DNA from: Psychrobacter sp. DM4
GTDB taxonomy: Bacteria; Pseudomonadota; Gammaproteobacteria; Pseudomonadales; Moraxellaceae
Assembly: GCF_051307035.1 (NCBI RefSeq)
Contig: NZ_CP195536.1
Coordinates: 360,001-392,000, forward strand
Direction of reading: 5' to 3'
Length of the DNA: 32,000 bases
Shown: positions 1 to 8,500 of the stretch, one piece after another
How positions within the stretch are numbered: position 1 is the first letter of the stretch
Layout of the letters: each line of letters begins with the position of its first letter
The notes under the pieces: generated by a model
Told to the model about the DNA's origin: nothing
What the model saw: only the letters and a program-made list of their open reading frames with translations
The model's database searches: none
Position numbers and translations under genes: made by a program

Positions 1-311
1 TAATGCTTATCGAATTTTAAAACTATAAAAAAAGATAATAGCAGTCTGTTTTTTTTATCTTTATAGCTAATCAGCTAATCATTTGTGCGGTACGTATCGA
101 AGTACGATCTTCTGTACTAAAGATAAGCTAGCCTTTGCATTAACCTGTAAATAGAGTAACACTCAAATATATTATACGATAGAGGGCTGAAGTAGCAAAG
201 TGTGCATAGAAAGTAAGCGCATGTAATAGGCTGTAAAGGGCATAACATGGAATGGGTATAAGTTAACGATTTTTTACAACTGTAGACGCATGACCCTATT
301 TTTGAGACGAC

Positions 312-340
312 AAAAAACCGCATAGCTACTAGCTATGCGG
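312..340 (-). terminator. rho-independent terminator downstream of the thiolase gene
   Basis: Inverted repeat CCGCATAGCTA / TAGCTATGCGG (318-340). On the minus strand it is followed by TTTTTT (complement of the A-run at 312-317). It lies 41 nt past the thiolase stop. Confidence 0.8.
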
Positions 341-380
341 TAATCGAAAAAAACATATCATTAGACTAGCTGCACTTTAA

Positions 381-1562
381 TTATGGCAACTCAATAGCTA
401 CTGCAACAGCCTCGCCGCCACCGATACATAGGGTCGCAATGCCCTTTTTGCCACCAGTACGCTTTAGTGAATTGATTAGCGTAATTAATATACGTGCGCC
501 AGAACATCCTACTGGGTGACCAAGAGCGCAAGCACCGCCTTCAATATTGACTTTGGCATGATCAAGTTTAAACTCATCGATAGCAGCCATGGTGACCATG
601 GCAAAAGCTTCGTTGATTTCCCAAAGATCAACGTCACTAGCTGACCAACCAGCATTGGCTAATACCTTTTCGATAGCACCAACAGGGGCGATCGTAAATT
701 CACTTGGGTGACGTGAGTTTGAGGCCGTAGCGACAATACGTGCTTGATACTCTAAGCCGTCAGAATCTGCTTGTGATTCTTTCATGATCACGACAGCTGC
801 CGCGCCATCTGATATAGAGCTGGCATTAGCAGCGGTAATCGTACCGTCTTTGGCAAAGGCTGGGCGCAGTGTTGGAATGCGTTCAGCGTTGGCAAGCCCT
901 GGCTCTTCGTCAGTATCTACCGTTTGCTCACCTTTACGCGTCTTAAAGGTCACTGGAGTAATTTCGTCTTTGAAATGATCTTCTTTGATAGCCGTCAGTG
1001 CACGATTGAGAGACTCAATAGCGAAATCATCCATTTGCTCACGTGTATAGCCTTTCTCATCAGCCATCTCTTGCGCAAACTGCCCCATTAGTTTGGCTGT
1101 TTCGGCATCTTCTAAGCCGTCCAAGAACATATGATCTTTGACTTCTTGATGCCCCATACGATAGCCGCTACGTGCGCCTAACATAAGATAGGGTGCATTG
1201 GTCATTGATTCCATACCACCTGCGACCGCAATATCAAAACTACCTGCTTTGATACCGTCATGCGCTTGCATAACCGCTTTGAGACCAGAGCCGCACAACT
1301 TGTTGATAGTCACAGCGCCAGTGGCATCAGGCAAACCTGCTTTGCGCATGGCCTGACGAGCAGGACCTTGACCTAAACCTGCGGTCAAAATACAGCCCAT
1401 AACCACTTCATCAATTTTATCAGCACTAATACCGGCACGCTCAACAGCAGCCTTTATAGCAGCAGCCCCTAAATCTGTGGCGCTGACGTCTTTTAGTACG
1501 CCTTGAAAACCGCCCATTGGTGTACGAGCACCATTAACAATTACAATCGAGTCATTTGACAT
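381..1562 (-). CDS. acetyl-CoA C-acetyltransferase (thiolase II family)
   Basis: 393-aa ORF with thiolase signatures: NKLCGSGLKA (acyl-enzyme Cys), NEAFA, GHPVGCSGARI, LCIGGGEAVA. An AAGGA Shine-Dalgarno lies upstream of the ATG. Confidence 0.93.
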   Translation of the reverse strand: MSNDSIVIVNGARTPMGGFQGVLKDVSATDLGAAAIKAAVERAGISADKIDEVVMGCILTAGLGQGPARQAMRKAGLPDATGAVTINKLCGSGLKAVMQAHDGIKAGSFDIAVAGGMESMTNAPYLMLGARSGYRMGHQEVKDHMFLDGLEDAETAKLMGQFAQEMADEKGYTREQMDDFAIESLNRALTAIKEDHFKDEITPVTFKTRKGEQTVDTDEEPGLANAERIPTLRPAFAKDGTITAANASSISDGAAAVVIMKESQADSDGLEYQARIVATASNSRHPSEFTIAPVGAIEKVLANAGWSASDVDLWEINEAFAMVTMAAIDEFKLDHAKVNIEGGACALGHPVGCSGARILITLINSLKRTGGKKGIATLCIGGGEAVAVAIELP

Positions 1563-1731
1563 CTTACTTATCCTTTATTGAGAAATATAATAAAAAACGT
1601 ACCATTATAATGTATACCACTCGACTATAAATCAAGTAAGCTGACTATTAAGTAGGCTAAATAGTGGAGCGTAATGAAGTTTAATAACTGCGTTCAATAA
1701 AAAACATCCGCTATAGAGCCAATACAAATGT

Positions 1732-3072
1732 TTATGCCAGCTCATCTAAACGAATACGAACGACTTTGTCCGTGATCGATTCAAGCTTTTCTATTTTTTG
1801 AATGGCGACATTCATTTGGCTCTCAACAACAGGTAGCGTTAAGATAATGACAGGCACTTGCCCAAGCTTGTGCGCAGGCTTTTGTAATATGGCATCAATG
1901 TTGATACCTGCATCGCTCAATATACGAGTAATATCTGCCAATACCCCTGGGTGATCAAAAGCATGAACGCGCAGATAATAGCCGGTGGTCATTTGCTCAG
2001 CGCGCAATATAGGCGTATCAGAGAGCTGCTCCGGAATAAAAGCTAAATGTGGGACATACTGGCTGCTAGTACTAACATTATCAGAGCTGTCATTACTGCC
2101 TAAAACACGAACCAAATCCATAACATCAGCCATAACCGCAGAAGCGGTAGCTCCGGCACCAGCACCATCGCCGCAGTACAAGGTTTGGCCTAGCGGATGT
2201 GAGTTGACTAGCACCGCGTTTTTGACGCCATTGACGTTAGCGAGCAGGGCGTCTTGTGGAATAAGTGTTGGATGTACGCGCAGCTCAATACCAGCGTTAT
2301 TGTCGTCGCCATCGCGGCGTACCGCAAAGCCTAAATGCTTGATACGGTAACCGAGCTCTTCAGCGTAATTGACGTCTTGTAAGGTAATACCTGTGATACC
2401 CTCGCAGTACACTTTGTCAAACTGTAGCGGAACGCCAAAGGCAATAGAGGCAAGTAGCGCTAGTTTGTGCGCTGCATCGATACCCTCAACATCAAAGGTT
2501 GGATCGGCCTCAGCGTAGCCTAATTCTTGCGCTTCTACCAAAACATCATCGAAAGGGCGACCTTTATCACGCATCTCAGTCATAATAAAATTGCCAGTAC
2601 CGTTGATGATGCCAGCCAGCCAATCAATTCTATTCGCGGCAAGCGCTTCACGCATGACCTTAATAATAGGGATACCGCCCGCTACCGCAGCTTCATAAGC
2701 CACATGTACATTATTAGCGTCTGCCAAAGCAAAGATCTCGTTACCATGTTCTGCAAGCAAGGCTTTATTAGCTGTGACGACATGCTTACCTTGTTTGATG
2801 GCGTGAATGATGACGTCTTTGGCAAGGGTCGTACCGCCAATCAACTCTATAACAATATCAACATTGTCGCTACTAGCGACCGCCATCAAATCATCATTTT
2901 GAATGATACTAGTATCAATATCATCGCGCTGACGACGTGTACCAACCTCGGTAATAATAATATCACGTCCACTACGGCGCTTAAGCTCGCTTAGGTTGTC
3001 ATTGATTAAGTGGACTACGCCAGTGCCTACAGTTCCTAGGCCAAGTATCGCTAATTTGATGGAATTACTCAC
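1732..3072 (-). CDS. hom: homoserine dehydrogenase (monofunctional, with C-terminal ACT-like regulatory domain)
   Basis: 446-aa ORF. N-terminal Rossmann motif LGLGTVGTGV, a central homoserine dehydrogenase catalytic region, and an ACT-like C-terminus (YYLRVHAFDHPGVLADITRILSDAGINI). GTG start preceded by GAGGA. The dsbC-hom adjacency is as in Pseudomonas. Confidence 0.92.
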   Translation of the reverse strand: MSNSIKLAILGLGTVGTGVVHLINDNLSELKRRSGRDIIITEVGTRRQRDDIDTSIIQNDDLMAVASSDNVDIVIELIGGTTLAKDVIIHAIKQGKHVVTANKALLAEHGNEIFALADANNVHVAYEAAVAGGIPIIKVMREALAANRIDWLAGIINGTGNFIMTEMRDKGRPFDDVLVEAQELGYAEADPTFDVEGIDAAHKLALLASIAFGVPLQFDKVYCEGITGITLQDVNYAEELGYRIKHLGFAVRRDGDDNNAGIELRVHPTLIPQDALLANVNGVKNAVLVNSHPLGQTLYCGDGAGAGATASAVMADVMDLVRVLGSNDSSDNVSTSSQYVPHLAFIPEQLSDTPILRAEQMTTGYYLRVHAFDHPGVLADITRILSDAGINIDAILQKPAHKLGQVPVIILTLPVVESQMNVAIQKIEKLESITDKVVRIRLDELA

Positions 3073-3162
3073 AGTATCCTCAAGAGGTTAGATTAATAAA
3101 TAAGAAATCAATTTAAGTTATAAGATATAAAGAACATAGCGTCTACTCTATGTATCGTACGA

Positions 3163-4041
3163 TTATCTAGCTGCAGCAACGGCTTGCGCTAACTGGTCGG
3201 CTGGCAGGTAGCCACCAACTTGCTGACCTGATTCGGTAAATATAGCGGGTGTCCCGCGTACACCAAGTCTCGCTCCTAATGCCATTTGATCAGCGACAGG
3301 GTTGCTACAGCTTGGTGCTTGCACATTGGCGCCCATTTTTGCCTGGTTCATAGCTGCTTTGCGATCTTGGCTACACCAGATAGATTCCATCTTGGGGACG
3401 GACTCTTGGCTACGCGGCCATGCTAGATAGCGCACTTCGATACCGCGAGCATTGATGTCTGCCATTTCTTCATGAAGCTTACGGCAGTAGCCACAATCAG
3501 CATCAGTAAAAGCATAGACGATGGACTTGGTCTCGCCCGTAGCAGAGTAGATTACCATATCTTTCTTGTTAACTGCTTGTAGCGCCTCTTTTGCTGAATT
3601 GGCAATCAGCGCACCACTGATATCGACAGGCTCTACGCCGCCTACGGCAACGATCTGTCCTTGAATAATATGTTTGCCAGATTTATCCGTAAAAAAGGAA
3701 GGCAAACCCTCTGCGGTAACCCAGTAGATATCATCCATATCTGTAGGGATTGCAGACAAAATTGTACCTTCGATACCAGAGGTTTGAATATTCTTCTGTA
3801 AGGCTTGTACCACTGAGGCATCGCTCTCGGTAGAGAGAGGCGTTTGACTTTCCTTTGCCTGAGCACTACTAATGATACTGGTATTGTTAGTTGTATCGGT
3901 CGTATTGTTTGAACAGCCTGCTACCGCTACCGTTAAAATGCTCGTCAGCACAGCAGCAGGTAATTTACGCTGAGCAAACAATTTTTGAGTATACGATGGA
4001 GCAGCTTTAGTGGGTAGGGCCGGTAAGGAAAATAAGCTCAT
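3163..4041 (-). CDS. dsbC: thiol:disulfide interchange protein, DsbC-like, with predicted lipoprotein signal
   Basis: 292-aa ORF. Thioredoxin-fold active site CGYC, a second structural Cys pair (WCSQD...PSCSNP), and cis-Pro motif GTPAIF. The N-terminus has a hydrophobic stretch ending in the lipobox VAGC (Cys43). AGGA SD 8 nt upstream of the ATG. Confidence 0.85.
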   Translation of the reverse strand: MSLFSLPALPTKAAPSYTQKLFAQRKLPAAVLTSILTVAVAGCSNNTTDTTNNTSIISSAQAKESQTPLSTESDASVVQALQKNIQTSGIEGTILSAIPTDMDDIYWVTAEGLPSFFTDKSGKHIIQGQIVAVGGVEPVDISGALIANSAKEALQAVNKKDMVIYSATGETKSIVYAFTDADCGYCRKLHEEMADINARGIEVRYLAWPRSQESVPKMESIWCSQDRKAAMNQAKMGANVQAPSCSNPVADQMALGARLGVRGTPAIFTESGQQVGGYLPADQLAQAVAAAR

Positions 4042-4054
4042 ATGAGATGTCCTG

Positions 4055-4070
4055 TAGGTCTATAGACCTA
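4055..4070. promoter_or_regulatory. perfect 16-bp palindrome abutting the dsbC ribosome-binding site
   Basis: TAGGTCTA|TAGACCTA is its own reverse complement. It starts 1 nt upstream of the dsbC SD on the minus strand. It could be an operator or a 6-bp-stem, 4-nt-loop leader hairpin. Confidence 0.35.
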
Positions 4071-4482
4071 GACGGTTGACTATAAAAAGTCGTCGATAGT
4101 TGTAAAAACAAGCGACAGCAGTAACAATAGCAGCCTTATGCCTGCAAAAAACATAATAGAGGGATATATTGCGCTCTATATTAGCATATTTTAATTCGTT
4201 GAAACTAAAGGCTATAGTAAGTTATTTGCAAGTATCATACCCAGTAACTCTAAATGAGTTTGCCAAGCAATTAATATTAGATACATTTGTACTATGTCAT
4301 ATCGTTTTATGCCTAGGTAATCTGTTGCAAACAGTTCTGCTATTATATAATACAACCAGCTGTAGCTCCAATAAGCATAGCACTGATCATAATAGATAGT
4401 GACAAAAGTGCTGTTCTTAATTCTTATAAAAGACTACAACGCTTTCGCTTTTTAATTAACCCTCATATTTTAAGGAATCTCC

Positions 4483-5403
4483 ATGGCAGGTGCCAGTTTA
4501 TTAACTCTTCTTGATGATATTAGCGTGATATTGGACGATGTATCAGTAATGACTAAAGTTGCCGCCAAAAAAACTGCTGGCGTGTTGGGTGATGACTTGG
4601 CACTTAACGCAGAACAGGTGAGTGGCGTTAAAGCGAATCGCGAGTTGCCTGTTGTGTGGGCTGTCGCAAAAGGCTCATTTATCAATAAGTTGATTTTGGT
4701 GCCAGCTGCACTATTAATCAGTGCGATTTATCCGCCGCTTGTGACCTTTTTGCTGATGTGCGGTGGGTTATTTTTGGTTTATGAAGGCGCTGAAAAGGTC
4801 ATTCATAGGTTTTGGCCACATGTACTGCCGCATGATGAAGAACAAAACGCACGGCTGCAGGCCAACGCTGACGAGACTGTCGACTTGGTCGCCTTTGAGA
4901 AGCAAAAGATAAAAGGGGCTATACGTACCGATTTTATTTTATCTGCTGAGATTATTGTCATCGCTTTAGGTTCAACCGCGAGTGCTACCCTGTTGGAGCG
5001 CAGCTTAGTATTATCGATCTTAGCCATTGCCATTACTGTTGGTATATACGGTTTGGTGGCAGGCATCGTCAAGATTGACGATGCTGGTTTGCACTTGATG
5101 GAGCAAGAAGGCCAGATTAAACAAAAAGTAGGTAAGGTAATGTTCGCAGCAGCGCCGAAACTTATGAAGTTCCTATCAATTGCGGGTACGTTAGCTATGT
5201 TCTTGGTCGGCGGTGGTATTTTAGTTCATGGTATTGATTTTTTATATCATGGCGTGGAGGATTTAGCGCACCTTACTGGTATATTTGAAAGTGTGACGAC
5301 CGCACTACTAAATGGTGTTATCGGTTTTGTTATCGGAGCTATCATCGTTGCTATATTCACAATAGTGGGTAAAATGCGAGGCGATAAGTCAGCTGCACAT
5401 TAA
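4483..5403 (+). CDS. DUF808 (YedI-like) inner-membrane protein
   Basis: 306-aa ORF. The N-terminus MAGASLLTLLDDISVILDDVSVMTKVAAKKTAGVLGDDLALNAEQV is characteristic of the DUF808/YedI family, followed by multiple hydrophobic helices. AAGGA SD 7 nt upstream. Confidence 0.85.
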   Translation: MAGASLLTLLDDISVILDDVSVMTKVAAKKTAGVLGDDLALNAEQVSGVKANRELPVVWAVAKGSFINKLILVPAALLISAIYPPLVTFLLMCGGLFLVYEGAEKVIHRFWPHVLPHDEEQNARLQANADETVDLVAFEKQKIKGAIRTDFILSAEIIVIALGSTASATLLERSLVLSILAIAITVGIYGLVAGIVKIDDAGLHLMEQEGQIKQKVGKVMFAAAPKLMKFLSIAGTLAMFLVGGGILVHGIDFLYHGVEDLAHLTGIFESVTTALLNGVIGFVIGAIIVAIFTIVGKMRGDKSAAH

Positions 5404-5449
5404 TTTTATCGAAGCTATGTATGAGTCTCTGTCTCTTTTTACAGAGCAT

Positions 5450-5489
5450 AAAAAAGCCCCAAAGCTCGTTTGAGCTTTGGGGCTTTTTT
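5450..5489. terminator. bidirectional rho-independent terminator between the convergent DUF808 gene and rne
   Basis: Perfect 12-bp stem GCCCCAAAGCTC / GAGCTTTGGGGC with loop GTTT, flanked by A6 (5450-5455) and T6 (5484-5489). Confidence 0.9.
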
Positions 5490-5501
5490 ATGAATGACGA
5501 C

Positions 5502-8500
5502 CTAGTCTGTACTATCGCTATCATTCAGCTGCTCATTGTCTGAGCTATTGGCATCTGCTTGTTCGACTTGCGTTGGCTTCTTATGATCTGTCTTAGGCTT
5601 ACGACTACGAGCCTTTGGCACTTTGGGCGTAGTTAGGTTGAACATGCCCGACTGCGGTAACAATTGTTCTGCCACGTTCTCAATCATGTTCTTGTAACTG
5701 GCAATCGTCGTTTTTGATTTACTTGTCTGAGCGTCATCTCGAACTGCTTTACTACCTTCAGCCACGTTTTGCGCTTCGTCAGTTTCAGCACTGTTATCAG
5801 CGATTAGCAGTTTTTCGCTATCCTCTGTCACATCATCTGCCTGTGCTTGACTACTCAAAGCTGTAGCAGCAATATCATCCGCTGCTACATTGCGTTTACT
5901 AGTTTTCACCTCTTCGATATCCATCTCAGGCTTATCTACCGGTGCGCTGCTAGCTGCCGTGTTTGTCTGATACTCAGGATGCTGACCACGCGGATCATTG
6001 CTCGCACGCTGACCGATAGCCTTAGGTGTTGCTTCAGTCTTGCCTTGTGCTGCTGCGAACTGACTGACAGCTTGGATCATCGTATCGAAACGTGTCAAGT
6101 AATCAGCGCTCAGAGGGTCATAACCATAGTTACTAAAGTCAAAGTTAGTAGAACTAGGCTCACTATGGTCAGACTCGCTAGCATCAACGCTTTGCTCGTC
6201 AGTTGTCGGTTGTGCTTTTGCTTTATGTATAGCGATAGCCTCAATAAAGCAGTTAATCACACCATCTTCTGCCAAACGCGCTTCTGCCTTTGGTAGTAGC
6301 GCATGGATGAACCTGCCGACGGTACCACTTATAGTTGGCATGGCAGTAGAGGTATCTGCAACCTGCGTATCTGCTGGCATGACGGGCTGCGCCTGCTGAC
6401 GACGCACGACACGTGGATCGTTACTGGCTTGACCGAACTTATTGGCAGTCACGTAACGGGCAGCAAAAAGCTCATCACGACCAAAGTCAAGCGTACTAGT
6501 TGCTGTATCGGCTTGATCATTGATTAGGATGCTCTCATCAGTCTGCGATGTTTCTGATATTTTTGGTGCGACCACGGTTGTTGAATTTTCAGCAGCATTG
6601 GACTCTGCTGACGCTTGGGTTTTTGCCTTTGACTGATCCTGAGCACTCTCATCAGACAGTGTGTCAGTCACTTGCTCGTTTTGAGTGGAACTGGTATCTG
6701 AAGGTAGTTTCTCAGTTTTGACAGTAGACGACTCATCTTGATTGTCTTTTGTGCGACTTTCTGTTGCTACAGTGCTTGATGTTTTGTTTTCGATTTGGTC
6801 TTCAGTTTGATCTTCAACCCGACCCTTAACTTGGTTGGAGTTCGACGAGTCATTGTCTGTAGCTGTTTGTTTGTCTGCCGACTTTGTCTTACTGTCATCC
6901 AAGGAGAGATGAACCACCTCTGGCGTCTTTAATTTGACTGGCGATTCGTTCACTTGCAAGGTGACTTCATTGGGATCTTGGTTGCGCCGCGCCTGACTGG
7001 ACGTTTTGCTATTCTCAGATCTTTTAGAGTTATTATCTTGCTTAGTCTCATTAGACGTTAGCGTTTCAGCGCGCTCAAGGGTGCCACGTGAACCGCGCTG
7101 ACTATGGGACTTGCGTTTGCTACGAGTTTGCTCATTAGACGTATCAGCGTTTTTTTGCTCCGTATCGGGGCGCTCGCTTTGGTCTTGTCGAGTGTTTTGA
7201 GAGTGACGGCTATTGCGATTGCTACCACGTCGATTATCTTGACGTTTATTTTGAGCATTGTTCTGAGCGTTATCGTCGCTAGTGCTATCAGCCTGATTGG
7301 TATCACTATCAGCGACGTCAATAGTCTCATCGCGCGTCTCTTTTCTCTGACGCGGTTTTGAGGATCTTGATTTACGCGTTTTGCGACGACGTCTATCGTC
7401 ACTGCTTTCATCGTCATGATCATTGTCCGAGCGGCGCGTTTGCTGAGGCTTGTTTTGACTGTCAGCTTGTAAGTTGGAGGTATCTTGACTACCGCTCAAG
7501 GCTTGGTCATTCACTTGACCGAAAGTACCTCGGCTCTGAGCACCCGTATTGACAATAGCTTCAATGGCTTCAGCTGCATCATGGCTACTGACGCTGCGCG
7601 TGGTCTGCGCTTGCGGTGCTTGTGAGAACAGGTTCGATAACCAAGCGACCGCTTGCGGCTGAGCGGCGGCAGTGTTGTCAGGTTGCTGACTAGGTGCTAC
7701 TTGGACACTAGCTTGCTGGTTCGCTACGGTACTGTTTTTGCTACGGTGATCATTGCTACGCTCAGTAGAGTTGTCCTGAGTCGTACTCTGACTATTGTGA
7801 TGCGGGTTTGCTGATTGACCAGTTTGCTTATTGCTCTGCGCGGATGGTTTTTGAGTATTTGATGCGCTATTTTGAGCGCTTGATGACGCTCGCGGTTGAC
7901 GAGTAGGCTGCTGCTCTGGACGCACCGAATCAGCGGTTTGCCAGTCGACATCATAGCCCAAATCACTATGCTCTTGCTGCTGCGTATCAGTGATGCGCTC
8001 ATAACTTGAAGGCGCAAAACCATCACGGTTAAAGTGCAATTTGAAGTTCGGTGATTCCAGATGCGCATGTGGCAAAATAGTAATACGGGTACCGCTATCT
8101 TGCTCCAGATATACTAAGGCATCGCGTTTTTCGTTAAGCAAAAAAGCTGCGATATCAGTCGGTACTTCGGCTTGCACCTCACCTTGGCGCTCTTTTAGTG
8201 CAATCTGCTCAATTTGACGCATAATCGATAGCGACAAAGAACGCAGGTCACGAATCATACCGTTGCCATGACAGCGCGGACAGATATAGCCTGTTGATTC
8301 TTCTAGCGACGGACGCAGGCGCTGACGGCTCATCTCCATGAGCCCAAACTTAGAGATCTCACCAAATTGAACACGCGCGCGATCGTATTTTGTCGCATCA
8401 ATCAGACGTTTTTCGACCTCTTTTTGGTTCTTATTGTCATTCATATCAATGAAATCAATGACAATAAGACCACCCATATCGCGCAGACGCAATTGACGAG

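Noticed and set aside
31-62. An AAAGATAA ... TTATCTTT inverted repeat with a T-run near the window start, considered as a terminator of an upstream plus-strand gene.
   Set aside because: The stem is almost entirely A/T (8 bp with a single G-C pair) with a 16-nt loop, which is too weak to call.
117-323. A 68-aa Cys-rich ORF on the minus strand in the non-coding stretch at the left edge of the window.
   Set aside because: Its start codon lies inside the thiolase terminator hairpin, it has no SD, and its composition is implausible. The region 1-311 remains unassigned. It may be the 3-prime flank of a gene outside the window.
1985-2994. Antisense ORFs of 121 aa and 155 aa opposite hom. The same issue applies to 784-978 opposite the thiolase gene, 10527-11128 opposite rluC, and 14127-14441, 15048-15359, 18063-18350, 19076-19432 and others.
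   Set aside because: These are shadow ORFs within well-supported genes, with no recognisable motifs or ribosome-binding sites.
4169-4399. A 76-aa ORF in the dsbC/DUF808 spacer.
   Set aside because: It has a non-ATG start, no SD, and an AT-rich intergenic composition with no recognisable motif. It is more likely promoter DNA for the two divergent genes.
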